From positions 21,535-85,534 of IMG/VR virus record IMGVR_UViG_3300033997_000141: a stretch of 64,000 bases of DNA. One strand, given 5' to 3'. Made by a program: the position numbers and the translations under genes. Under the pieces are notes generated by a model that was not told the origin of the DNA, searched no databases, and saw nothing but the letters and a program-made list of their open reading frames with translations. This stretch comes from a virus. How positions within the stretch are numbered: the first letter of the stretch is position 1; each line of letters opens with the position of its first letter. Positions 18,714 through 28,018 of this stretch are shown piece by piece.

Positions 18714-19870
18714 CACAGGTCTTCCTTCCAGCACTTCGCCGTGGCGATGTTCGGGACACCGTCAGGGGTGAAGCCCATGTGCTTGATAGTCAACAACTTG
18801 TTGTCCAGGTACGACTCGATGTTCAGGCCCTGGGCGTGCTTCTCAGAGTGAGTACCTGGTGCCGTTACCTTGCCGGTGATATCGGTGCCGGGCACCCGAT
18901 AGACCAGCACAGGGTTCAAATATTCGCCGCCTTCGGGGCAGCTGTTGGGCGTGCCCCACTCGAAGCTGAACACCTCGACCTCCATGTCGGTGAACGGCTT
19001 CCACTTCACCAGCTGCGCCGGCCGGGCGTCGTCCTCGTAGCCTTCGCCGCTGATCCGCAGGATGCTGCCCTCGAATCCGTTGGCCAGGTTTTCGGCGTTG
19101 ATCCGTTCGGCATCCTCGAAGGAGAACACCTGCACCGTCGGCACCAGCACGATGCGCTCGTCACGCAGGCCCTCACTGGACTCGAACACTTCCTTGAGCG
19201 TCTGGTACCGCTCGGCGAATGGCCGGTCGTCCATGATGTCGTAGATGTGGTATTCCAGCTTCAAGGAGTCCTCGCGGTACTTCTTGATCAGGCTGCCGAT
19301 CGCCTGCAGCGTCATGCCATGGACGTACAGCTCGCCGTCCAGGTGCAGGCCTTCGAACCACGGGGCGTCCTTCAGGTCGGCCTCGAGGTGCGGCAGGTCC
19401 TGGTGCTTGCCCGGGCGGCTGTACTGGACACCCTCATGGCGCATGCTGCGGTGGCCGTCGAGCTTCGGCTGCATGAAGACGCGGCCAGAACCCCAGGGGA
19501 TGGTCGCCGGGTCGATGTCCTCAAAGGGGCACGCCAGCATCGGCAGCTTCTTGCCCAGGGCGTTGCGCACCGGCTTGCGGGCTTCTTCGCGGGTGTCCAC
19601 GTAGCCCTTGTCGCGCTGCTTCAGCACCCGCGACTTGGCTTCGGCGACAGCCTGCTCGTGCGGGCTGGTCTCGTTAGCCTTGCCGATGTTCTTGCCCTTC
19701 ACCGGGGTCAGCTTGACCACGGCCTTGCCGCCCACCTTGGTGGTGTGGCTGATGATCAGGTACGCAGAAGAAGCGCTGTAATCCTCGGCGCGCCACGGGC
19801 CGTCCTGCACGGCCTTGATGGTCCAGTCGCCTTCACCCTTGAATAGGGTCTGTTCAAACGAAATGTTCAT
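18713..19870 (-). CDS. ATP-dependent DNA ligase
   Basis: Motif I QPKLDGHR, III LDGELY, IIIa YHIYD, IV FEGSILR, V LVKWK. Confidence 0.92.
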   Translation of the reverse strand: MNISFEQTLFKGEGDWTIKAVQDGPWRAEDYSASSAYLIISHTTKVGGKAVVKLTPVKGKNIGKANETSPHEQAVAEAKSRVLKQRDKGYVDTREEARKPVRNALGKKLPMLACPFEDIDPATIPWGSGRVFMQPKLDGHRSMRHEGVQYSRPGKHQDLPHLEADLKDAPWFEGLHLDGELYVHGMTLQAIGSLIKKYREDSLKLEYHIYDIMDDRPFAERYQTLKEVFESSEGLRDERIVLVPTVQVFSFEDAERINAENLANGFEGSILRISGEGYEDDARPAQLVKWKPFTDMEVEVFSFEWGTPNSCPEGGEYLNPVLVYRVPGTDITGKVTAPGTHSEKHAQGLNIESYLDNKLLTIKHMGFTPDGVPNIATAKCWKEDL

Positions 19871-19892
19871 GAGTCGTCCTTTTGTGCGCTGA

Positions 19893-20411
19893 TTAACGTA
19901 CTTTTTGCAGTGTAACGGCTGCGGGAGGGATCTGGAAGTGCCTCACCAGGTGATCGGCTACGACCTCATGCCGCAGGCGGTTCACCGTTCCGCAGCCTTC
20001 CCACTCCGCGAGGATGTGGTCTTTGCTGATCCGGCCGTCCCCATGGATGGCGATGCCGTCCCACAGCTGGATCACCCCATGCTGCGTGTCCCAGAACAGG
20101 ATGTAGTAGGGGATGCCCAGCAAATAGCGGTACCAGCTGATAGCACCACGCTGCCCCGGGCGCACCATGGCTTTGCCCAGGGTGTGATGCACTTCACTGG
20201 CTTTCACCTCCACGAAGGCCAACAGCTGATCAGCCCGCAGCTGGCTGCCCGGCGGGAAACCCACCAGGTAGTCAGCTGGCTGCTCGGCGACCACGCTGCC
20301 AGCGGCCCCGGAATCCGAGAACCGCTGGCAGCCAACCAAGTGGCTGGTCTTCAGCTGCTTGAACACCTTCTGGATCTCGTTTTCGAAGACCTTTCCGATG
20401 TCAGCAGCCAT
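19893..20411 (-). CDS. Holliday junction resolvase, RecU-like PD-(D/E)xK nuclease
   Basis: GKVFE, PADY and FVEVKAS motifs. Confidence 0.7.
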   Translation of the reverse strand: MAADIGKVFENEIQKVFKQLKTSHLVGCQRFSDSGAAGSVVAEQPADYLVGFPPGSQLRADQLLAFVEVKASEVHHTLGKAMVRPGQRGAISWYRYLLGIPYYILFWDTQHGVIQLWDGIAIHGDGRISKDHILAEWEGCGTVNRLRHEVVADHLVRHFQIPPAAVTLQKVR

Positions 20412-20413
20412 TG

Positions 20414-21043
20414 CTAGATCCTGTACTCGTGGGCGATGCCCGCGGCCGGTCGGCTGCGGGACGGGTTCTTGATCAGCGCGACCAGGTAGTCGATGGCTTC
20501 GCTGTAGGCCGCCAGAGTGGAGTTGTTCTCCACCACCAAGTCACCGTGGATCTTGGTCAGCCCGGCCTCGCTGGCGTGGCCGGCAACCCCCACCTGCTCG
20601 GTGTCGTCTCGCTCAACGTGGACGATGATGCCGCCCTCGCTGCGGATCCACTCCGCCTCGTTGTCGAAGCGGACGTCGCTGATGACCATACCGCTGAAGT
20701 TCATGGGCTCACCCGATGCCTGCCCAGCGAGCCAGTCGCTTGGATGCTTGGCCTGCGTGATCCACTCCCACTTGGCCTTGGCCACACGAGTCCAGAGGTC
20801 AGGCTGGATCGCGCGGCCCCATTCGGTGCCCAGGGTCTGCATCAGCTTGCGGTAGCTGACCCCGGAGATGGGGTCGATGCGCTCCCGGTCGCCAATCACA
20901 AAGTTGTTACCGAAGACCTGCTCCAGCATGCGTTTGATTGGGTCGGCGAAGGCGTGTCGGTAGAGCCCCAGCTCAGTGGCCAGCACCGCTGCCGCCGTGT
21001 CCTTGCCGCTGCGAGCCACGCCCGCCAGGCCGATCAGGATCAT
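20414..21043 (-). CDS. Deoxynucleoside monophosphate kinase
   Basis: IGLAGVARSGKDT, FADPIK, RKLMQTLGTEWGR, ISDVRF.NE and HASE motifs. Confidence 0.92.
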   Translation of the reverse strand: MILIGLAGVARSGKDTAAAVLATELGLYRHAFADPIKRMLEQVFGNNFVIGDRERIDPISGVSYRKLMQTLGTEWGRAIQPDLWTRVAKAKWEWITQAKHPSDWLAGQASGEPMNFSGMVISDVRFDNEAEWIRSEGGIIVHVERDDTEQVGVAGHASEAGLTKIHGDLVVENNSTLAAYSEAIDYLVALIKNPSRSRPAAGIAHEYRI

Positions 21044-21822
21044 ACGGCGTCCTCCGGCTTGATCAGGCCCAGCTGCAGGCGGATGGCCTGGTCAAGCTCG
21101 AAACTGATGGTCATCTCGCACTTTTCGCTGATGATCCAGCGCAGGTAGTCGTCCGGGATGTGCCGGATCTTCTTGCCCTTGTGCTTGGTGCCCCAGGACA
21201 GCTTCATGTCAGGGGTGCCGTCGTCACCCTGCATCCACTTGTGCAGCTGGTCCAGGCTGGTGCAGTCTGCCAAGCCCTTCTCGTTCACCAGGCGCATCAT
21301 CGGCGCGATCATGTCCAGGGTGCCGATCACGTCCGCCAGCGCGTCGTGCGCCTTGGCCAGCGGCTTGCCCAGCAGGCGTTCGTAGGAGTAGCCCAGATTG
21401 GCTGCCTCCCACAGGCCGGCCTTCTTGATCTTCGAGGCGCCCTTATACAGGTCCACCGAGCGATTCGGCTTCCAGCCCGCGCGGATGGCGATCTGATTGT
21501 CGAAACAGGCGCCGTTGAAACTGACCACAGCCTGGTAGTCGTGCTCGTTGATGGTCTTCATCTCGCTGCGCAGGAACGGCAGCCAGTCCGGCTTGCCCAT
21601 CACGTCGAGGTCGGTGTAGCCGTGGATCGCCGAGGCCTCGGCTTCGATCGGCACGCCGGGGTTCAGCAGGTTCACGTCCTGGTCCAGGATCTCGTAGCTG
21701 CCGTCCTGGTGCAGGGTGGCCATCAGCAGCGCCGACTGGATCACGCCCAGCTCCTGCACCTTCAAGCCGGTGGTTTCGTAGTCATGGCCGAAGACCACGA
21801 TCGATTGTTGGTTGAAGCTCAT
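21040..21822 (-). CDS. DEDDh 3'-5' exonuclease (ExoX/DnaQ-like)
   Basis: DYETTG, FN..CFD and AHDALAD motifs, plus a C-terminal WG.KHKG..I..IP.DYL.W module. Confidence 0.9.
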   Translation of the reverse strand: MSFNQQSIVVFGHDYETTGLKVQELGVIQSALLMATLHQDGSYEILDQDVNLLNPGVPIEAEASAIHGYTDLDVMGKPDWLPFLRSEMKTINEHDYQAVVSFNGACFDNQIAIRAGWKPNRSVDLYKGASKIKKAGLWEAANLGYSYERLLGKPLAKAHDALADVIGTLDMIAPMMRLVNEKGLADCTSLDQLHKWMQGDDGTPDMKLSWGTKHKGKKIRHIPDDYLRWIISEKCEMTISFELDQAIRLQLGLIKPEDAV

Positions 21823-22148
21823 GCACGTCTCCTTTTGGGCTTAATGCCCGTCTTGGTGGGTCGTCCTGCTGCGCGGTCATCCGCCCCGCGCTTGGTGAAA
21901 TAGCGGATGTACAGCTGCGGGTACTCATCCCGCAGTGTCTGGGCCATCTTGTCCTTGCACGACACTTCGTGGCGCAGAGCCTTAATCTCGCCGCGCAGGT
22001 GCTCAATCACTTGCTCCTGCGCTTTGATGTGGGTGCAGGCCTCCTCATAGACTTGGCCAAGGGGTTTACCATCCTCCAGGTAGATTTCCAGGTGGCCGTT
22101 CTGGCCACCTTGGAAACGCTGAAGCCAATCAAGCAGCTTCTGCTTCAA
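21819..22148 (-). CDS. Hypothetical protein
   Basis: Likely TTG start (MKQKLLDW...) after GAGGAGG, inside the polA 3' end. Contains a coiled coil. Confidence 0.6.
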   Translation of the reverse strand: MKQKLLDWLQRFQGGQNGHLEIYLEDGKPLGQVYEEACTHIKAQEQVIEHLRGEIKALRHEVSCKDKMAQTLRDEYPQLYIRYFTKRGADDRAAGRPTKTGIKPKRRRA

Positions 22149-25100
22149 GTTCTTCCTCCTCAACCATTTCAGCGTCTTCGTCGAAGGTGACCTTGGTGAT
22201 CGGGTCGAACGGCTCGAGCATGTCCACCTCCCAGATTTCCCGCGCTTCCTCCAGCGATCTGGCGACGAACTTGGCGACGTTCTCTGGGCTGATATCCCGG
22301 CCCAGCTCATGCACCCGGCCCCAGTCCGGCCCGATGGAATACTCGGGCACCTGGCGAACAACGTGCTGTGGCGGGGTCGAGTCGGCCATGTACTGGCCCA
22401 TTTCGATGCAGTAGGCCAGCACGTCGTCCTTATGCACCCACGACACCACCTCGTCGTAGATCGGCGCGAAGAACTCCATGCGGATGCGATCCATCATGCC
22501 GCTCTCGGCCACCCAGGTCAGAACGCGGCGCAGCATGTCCGCTGCCGAGCCCTGGATACCGAAGTTGGCGCCCTGGCGGTGCTGGCGGGCAACCTTGCCG
22601 TTGTCCTTGTGGAAGATGTCGTCGGTGGCATGGCGCTTGGTGCCGAAGGCCGTCAGCGTGTACCCATGGGTTTCCATGAACGCTGCCTGCTCCTTCTGCC
22701 AGGCCGGGATGCGGTTGTAGAGCTCCATCGCACCGTCCAGCAGCTCCTTCGCTTCCTCGATCGGGATGATCAGGTTGCGAGACAGCGTAGCTGGGCCGGC
22801 ACCGTAGGCCAGGCCGAAGTTCACCGGCTTGGAGGCCTTACGGATGGCCGACGCCAGAGGGTGCAGCGGGTGGTCTTCCTGCTTGCGCGCGGGGTTGAAC
22901 TGCTCGAAGGTACCGAGAGCTGCGTGGTCTGCCGCTTCCTTGCCGGACAGCTTCTTGGCTTTGCTGGCCGCGATGCCGGAGCCGGTAACGGAGTGCAGGT
23001 CCTTCTCGCCGGCCGGGTTGTTGTAGGCGTCGATCATCACCGGGTCGTTCGCTTCGCACGCCAGCAGGCGCAGCTCCTGACCGTTGAAGTCGATCGCCAC
23101 ACAGACATAGTCCGGGTTCGGCGGGATGTAGACCGAGCGCAGGCCAACGCCACCCTTCGACACCGCGAGGATGTTGGTCGAGGTGGCCGTCGGCCGGCCG
23201 GTGTCGGTGCCGTAGTCGGTGAGGTACGGGTGGATCCGACCATCGACGTGGCGCCAGAGAGGGTACTTGTCGTGGTAGAGGCTGCAGCGGGTGGTCGCCG
23301 ACTTCACCTTCAGCAGGACCGCCAGCGCATCACGCTGCCATTCGTGCTTGATGTCGTTGGCCAGGGCCGTCTCGATGGCCTTTTCGTCCGTTGCCGGCCC
23401 GGCCACGGTGATGCCCAGGGCCAGGCGGCTCTTGCCCGCCTTCTTGCCGTAGAGTCGCACCTGGGCACCGATCTTGCAGTACAGCAGGTGTTGCATCTGG
23501 ACCGGGCTGCCCACGTTCAGCGCATCGCCGAACTCGACCTCGCGCGGCTCGATCTTGGCCAGTCGCTGCACCACCTCACCCAGCTTCTCGAACACCTTCT
23601 CGGCCGTGGCGAGGCGTTCCTGGTAGTGGTCCTTCGCGTTGTCGAAGCCGCCGTCCTCCGAAGCCTCGGCGTGCTTGCGCAGCTCGTTGATCTTCATGCA
23701 CTCCGCGCCCATGGCCGTGCTGACCATCTCGATCAGCTCCACCTGGTCATCGGTCATGCCCCAGGAGTCGGAGAAGCCCTCGGCACCGACGCTAGCCAGG
23801 TACTCCTGCCAGGCCTTGTGGTTCAGCTTGGCCAGCTCGGGTAGACCCACGGCCTTGAGTGCTGCGCTGACCTGCTTCTCGGTGAAGGCGAACTTCGGCA
23901 TCACCTTCTCGACGCGGTACGGCGTGTATTGGCAGGCTGCCTCGATCTTCTTGCGCCACTCCGCCAGCTTGGCCTGGCCTTCAGACCGCACCTGCTCGGC
24001 GTCGGCGCCGTTATCGGCAGCGCCTGCCTTGCGGGTGGCCGACTTCAGCACGTAGGTCTTCTCGGCCTCGATCAACGACTTGCAGCCTTCGGTGATGTTG
24101 CCGCTGACGTTGTCCTGAAGGATCTGGCGCAGCTCTGCCATGCCTTCCTCAATGGTCTTGAGGTCAGCGGCGTGCAGGCGCTTCTGGAGGGCCCAGTTGA
24201 TGTTGCAGCCGTGGATGTAGGCACGCTGCAGCGGCTCGGTCGGGCGGATGGCCATGGCCTCGTACTGCAGCCACTGCTCGTCGAGAATCAGCATCAGCTG
24301 GAGCAGGTCGTACAGGTGGCCGGTGACCAGGGAGTCATCCGAGCCGTAGTTGAAGACCTCGTCGAGGGTCAGGTGGCACATCAGCTTGGCCGGCTCGCCA
24401 TGATCTTCTGCCCAGGCCTGACCCGCTGCGATGGTGTCCTGGTAGGAGGTCTGCTTGAACGACAGGTACTCGCTCGACAGCTCCTTCAGGCCAGCACCCA
24501 TGTTCTCGTTGTAGAAGCGCTGCATCACCCGGGTGTCGCGGCAGTTGGTCAGCCAGAAGCCCAGGTTGGTGCGGGTCACCGTGCCTTCGAAGTAGGCGTT
24601 GTGGGCCACGATCTGCGAGTGCTTCATGGCGTGCTGCAGGATCTCGGCGATCACTTCCTTCGGCAGGTTCGCCGAGCGGTGGTGGTCAACCGGGATGTAG
24701 ATCACGTTTTCCAGGTGCTTGCCGAACTGGAACGAAGCGCCGGCCAGGACCTGGCTGAGGTTATCGACGAAGCTGTTGCCGCGCGGCGAGGCCCGGCGGA
24801 AGTTGGCGATCTGGGTCTTGTCGGACGACTCATAGTCGAAGGCCACCAGCGGGCTTTCGGCGATGGACGCCAGGATGCCCTCACGCATTTCCTCCCAGTT
24901 CTCGGTGGTGACCGCGAACGGCGCGGGGAAGAACTCATCCAGACCGTCGGCCCACATGTCCTCGCAGCCCACGGCGGCCAGGTACTCGTAGGTCTTCTGC
25001 GGGTGAGGTACGCGCTTGACGAAGATCGGCTTGATCAGCTTGCGCTTACGGGGCTTCCAGCACAGCTCGGGACGCAGCTGCGCCAGGCGCCAGCCCAGTC

Positions 25101-25893
25101 GCCACTCATCGAACTGGTTGTGCAGCTTGATCAGGCCCTTGTGCCCGGTCTCTTCAATGGCTCCCTTCAGATCGTCGGTATTGCCACTGGCGACCACAGC
25201 CTGCAGGTCTTCCAGGCCGTCGTAGCCGAAGGCCTCGACCAGCTTGTGGATGGCTGCCGGGCCCATGCCGCGCACGCCGCCGTAGTTGTCCGACTTGTCG
25301 CCGACGATCGACTTGGCCAAGCTGGTCAGCTTTAGCGGTAGGCCTTCCAACTCGTGCCCTTCCGGGTACACGGCCTCGGCGCCCAGGTGCATGACGTTCT
25401 TGATGCTGACGCCGGTATCGTCGCTCACCAGCACCAGCAAGTCCTGGTCCACGGTGTAGACGGTGGAGGTAATGCCGGCCGCCTCCAGACGCTGCACGAC
25501 CCAGGCGATCACGTCGTCCGCTTCCACGCCGATCACGGCGATCTGGACGATGCCCATGGCCGCCAGGAACTTCTTCGCCCAGTCCTCGAGCATGGCCAGC
25601 TGTTCGATCTCGATTGGGCTCTTTTCCTCGTCCTTCTTGGACTTCTGCCCCTTGTACTCGGGGAAGATGGTGGTGCGGTACTCGCGGCCATGGTCATGGG
25701 CCACGATGATGTCCCGCGGACTGTCGCCGATCTCGAAGATCGGGTTCAGGTAACGGGTGATGAAGTCGGCAGCGCCTACCTGCCAGTGGGCGTAGGCTCG
25801 GCCGGTCTTCTCGCACGGCATGGCCTCGGGGTCCGAGGCGCCATAGTAGGCATGCTTGAGGGCAGCCCTGAAATCGATGATGTGCTTGTGCAT
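22129..25893 (-). CDS. polA: Family A DNA polymerase with 5'-3' exonuclease, 3'-5' exonuclease and polymerase domains
   Basis: FPEYKG, VEADD, GDKSDN; DYE, HNAYFE, YGSDD; motif A DFNGQELR, motif B RKASKPVNFGLAYG, motif C IYDE. Confidence 0.95.
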   Translation of the reverse strand: MHKHIIDFRAALKHAYYGASDPEAMPCEKTGRAYAHWQVGAADFITRYLNPIFEIGDSPRDIIVAHDHGREYRTTIFPEYKGQKSKKDEEKSPIEIEQLAMLEDWAKKFLAAMGIVQIAVIGVEADDVIAWVVQRLEAAGITSTVYTVDQDLLVLVSDDTGVSIKNVMHLGAEAVYPEGHELEGLPLKLTSLAKSIVGDKSDNYGGVRGMGPAAIHKLVEAFGYDGLEDLQAVVASGNTDDLKGAIEETGHKGLIKLHNQFDEWRLGWRLAQLRPELCWKPRKRKLIKPIFVKRVPHPQKTYEYLAAVGCEDMWADGLDEFFPAPFAVTTENWEEMREGILASIAESPLVAFDYESSDKTQIANFRRASPRGNSFVDNLSQVLAGASFQFGKHLENVIYIPVDHHRSANLPKEVIAEILQHAMKHSQIVAHNAYFEGTVTRTNLGFWLTNCRDTRVMQRFYNENMGAGLKELSSEYLSFKQTSYQDTIAAGQAWAEDHGEPAKLMCHLTLDEVFNYGSDDSLVTGHLYDLLQLMLILDEQWLQYEAMAIRPTEPLQRAYIHGCNINWALQKRLHAADLKTIEEGMAELRQILQDNVSGNITEGCKSLIEAEKTYVLKSATRKAGAADNGADAEQVRSEGQAKLAEWRKKIEAACQYTPYRVEKVMPKFAFTEKQVSAALKAVGLPELAKLNHKAWQEYLASVGAEGFSDSWGMTDDQVELIEMVSTAMGAECMKINELRKHAEASEDGGFDNAKDHYQERLATAEKVFEKLGEVVQRLAKIEPREVEFGDALNVGSPVQMQHLLYCKIGAQVRLYGKKAGKSRLALGITVAGPATDEKAIETALANDIKHEWQRDALAVLLKVKSATTRCSLYHDKYPLWRHVDGRIHPYLTDYGTDTGRPTATSTNILAVSKGGVGLRSVYIPPNPDYVCVAIDFNGQELRLLACEANDPVMIDAYNNPAGEKDLHSVTGSGIAASKAKKLSGKEAADHAALGTFEQFNPARKQEDHPLHPLASAIRKASKPVNFGLAYGAGPATLSRNLIIPIEEAKELLDGAMELYNRIPAWQKEQAAFMETHGYTLTAFGTKRHATDDIFHKDNGKVARQHRQGANFGIQGSAADMLRRVLTWVAESGMMDRIRMEFFAPIYDEVVSWVHKDDVLAYCIEMGQYMADSTPPQHVVRQVPEYSIGPDWGRVHELGRDISPENVAKFVARSLEEAREIWEVDMLEPFDPITKVTFDEDAEMVEEEELEAEAA

Positions 25894-25894
25894 A

Positions 25895-26245
25895 TCAGCG
25901 CGTCCTTGGTTTGTGGATCAGCTGCGTGGACCCGTGCAGCTGGATCGGGATGTTGCGGGTCTTTACCTTGCGCCGGCCGGGGTTTGTGGCACGCAAGGCC
26001 TTGGAGAGCATTTCCAGGTAGTCGGCCATACGCTGCGCCGCCGCCTCCTGGTTGGGCTGCACCGGCATGCCCTCCATCTGCATGTACGCCTGAGCGCTGC
26101 CGTCGGAAAGAATGTCGATCCGCAACTCTTGATCGAACGTTATCTTTTCGCCCACGGCCATGACTTGATAGCGGAGGGTAAGCCCTCCGCTATCAAGCTC
26201 GGCGGTTGCACTTATGAACTCGCGCCTCGCCGAGATGAGTTTCAT
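25895..26245 (-). CDS. Hypothetical protein
   Basis: ATGA-coupled to thyX. Confidence 0.65.
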   Translation of the reverse strand: MKLISARREFISATAELDSGGLTLRYQVMAVGEKITFDQELRIDILSDGSAQAYMQMEGMPVQPNQEAAAQRMADYLEMLSKALRATNPGRRKVKTRNIPIQLHGSTQLIHKPRTR

Positions 26246-26973
26246 GCTGGCACGCCAGTCAGAGCTGCCCAACTGACGGGGAACAGCTCGGCCATGATGT
26301 CGCCGATCGGCAGGAACAGGTCGCGGACCTCGCCCTGAGCGTGAGAATCGACACGCTTGTTATAGGCGTTGGCGAAGGCGTACAGGCTGCCGGTCCAGTA
26401 CCAGTTAACCTCGCAGCCCTGTGGGAGCACGAAACGGGCCTGCTCGGGGGCTACGCCCTGGCGCACCAGTTCTTCATAGAAACTGATCATGTCCTCACAG
26501 CGCATGATGTATTGCTGGCGGATCAAGTGGCTGTCTGGGTGATCACCTGCACTGCCTTGCTTGACCTTGTCGCCGTCAGGCGCCTGGCGGAACATCTCGG
26601 GCACGAACAACTCAGGCCGAGAGCTGATATAGCGTCGGCTCTCCTCGTTTTCGACGAAGCCGACCTTGTGCTTGAAGCACTGGGTGCGGATCGGCACCGG
26701 CGCCTGCATGCGCAGCGTGATGCTGGTGTGGGCGAAGGGGGTCCAGTGCTCGTGCTTGGCCAGGTAGCGAATAAGGGCTGCGTGGCTGCGCGGGGTCTTC
26801 TTCGGTACCGCTCCAGGGATCTGCTTGACTGCCTCCTCCTCCAGGTCCTTGAGGATTTGGGCCGCTTCGTCGGTCAGAAAGTATTCGACGTCGAAGTCGT
26901 TGGCGAAGCTGACCTTGGCAGCCTTCACCACGCTCAGGTCGTCACCCATGTGGTCCACGTAAATAGCGTGCAT
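26242..26973 (-). CDS. thyX: Flavin-dependent thymidylate synthase
   Basis: AAKVSF, HWTPFAH, ThyX motif variant KHKVGFVENEESRRY, PEQARFVLP and HAQ.E.R. Confidence 0.93.
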   Translation of the reverse strand: MHAIYVDHMGDDLSVVKAAKVSFANDFDVEYFLTDEAAQILKDLEEEAVKQIPGAVPKKTPRSHAALIRYLAKHEHWTPFAHTSITLRMQAPVPIRTQCFKHKVGFVENEESRRYISSRPELFVPEMFRQAPDGDKVKQGSAGDHPDSHLIRQQYIMRCEDMISFYEELVRQGVAPEQARFVLPQGCEVNWYWTGSLYAFANAYNKRVDSHAQGEVRDLFLPIGDIMAELFPVSWAALTGVPA

Positions 26974-27063
26974 CTTTCGTCCTTACGGCATGTGCCGGAG
27001 TAGCGTGTCAATGATGGAGGCAGCGGCCCATGCCGCTGCCCACCTGGTGGCCATGTTGCTCAA

Positions 27064-27309
27064 CTACAGAGCCGGGGCGTCACGGTTGGGGCCGCCGTTG
27101 CGCGGTGCTGCGACTTCTTCAGCCGTCACGCCCGGGCCAACCACGACCAGCCTACCTTCATCGAACCACTCGGCCTTCTCCATCTTGCCGTCGCGCAGCT
27201 CAGGCTGCAGGCCGTACTGATCGCAGCCGGTCAGGTACTTGCAATGGGCAACTGCGATACCTTCAAAGCCGGTGATCTTGTCGCGAACCTTCTTCCCGAG
27301 CATGGTCAT
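27064..27309 (-). CDS. Hypothetical protein
   Basis: LGKKVRDKITGFEG...YLTGC......WFDE.RL, recognisable as a small phage family. Confidence 0.75.
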   Translation of the reverse strand: MTMLGKKVRDKITGFEGIAVAHCKYLTGCDQYGLQPELRDGKMEKAEWFDEGRLVVVGPGVTAEEVAAPRNGGPNRDAPAL

Positions 27310-27944
27310 TTACCTTCCTCCTTGTCAGCGCGCTCTTGCGCAGCCTGGTCGCTGTAACCGTTCTTGTAGCGCTTGCCGAGCAGCTTGACCTTGTTGTGGA
27401 GCGAGGCCTCGAGGAGGCTGACGCGGACGCCGTTCAGGATGCCAACCTGGTAGAACAGGCCATCACCCGCTTCCTCGACCACGTTTTCCACGTCCAGCTC
27501 ATCGCCTTGGATGTGGTTCAGAACGGCTTCCAGCATTTCGCCGGCCTCGCCGGCCCAGCCAATGGCCATGTGCAGCAGGTGGGCCTTCTCCGGGGTCAGG
27601 TCTTCGAAGGCCTTGGCCAGCTCGGCGCTGCTGCCCAGCGGGAACACGCTGACGTTCGGCAGGTCACTCTCGGCTTTGTTGTAGACGGTCAGCTTTTTCA
27701 CCCGGTCCAGAGCGCTGCTGTTGGTAACCACCGCCGAGCACGTGCGCATCAGGCTGATGAACTTGTCGAACGTAAGCTCGGCGCGGATAACCTCGCCGGA
27801 CTTGGCCAGGTTCTTCACCATCAGCGGGTAGCTGTGGTCACGCACGGTGGCCTGGTGCTCGGCCGGCAGCTCGGCGACGATCTCGTTGCCACGCTCGGCG
27901 GACATGGCGATGGACAGGGTATGGATCAGGTCATTCTGGGACAT
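27306..27944 (-). CDS. MazG-like nucleotide pyrophosphohydrolase
   Basis: HMAIG.AGEAGE....EEAGD..FY.......N..KL..RY motif. Confidence 0.82.
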   Translation of the reverse strand: MSQNDLIHTLSIAMSAERGNEIVAELPAEHQATVRDHSYPLMVKNLAKSGEVIRAELTFDKFISLMRTCSAVVTNSSALDRVKKLTVYNKAESDLPNVSVFPLGSSAELAKAFEDLTPEKAHLLHMAIGWAGEAGEMLEAVLNHIQGDELDVENVVEEAGDGLFYQVGILNGVRVSLLEASLHNKVKLLGKRYKNGYSDQAAQERADKEEGK

Positions 27945-27967
27945 GCAACAACTCCTTGATTTAAATC

Positions 27968-28001
27968 AATAAAAAAGCCCGGAAGCTCTCACTACCGGGC
28001 T
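27968..28001 (-). terminator. Rho-independent terminator
   Basis: Minus strand AGCCCGG-N12-CCGGGCT followed by a T-run (TTTTTATT). Confidence 0.85.
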
Positions 28002-28018
28002 CAATCTCAACGCAGGTG

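Noticed and set aside
23530-24110. PolA thumb insertion as an intein or intron
   Set aside because: No C/S-start block A, no HN-C/S/T end and no endonuclease motif. The frame is continuous with normal codon usage.
26983-27054. 23-aa minus-strand peptide MATRWAAAWAAASIIDTLLRHMP
   Set aside because: Weak RBS, and the internal WAAA repeat just reflects the DNA hairpin. It cannot be supported as a gene.
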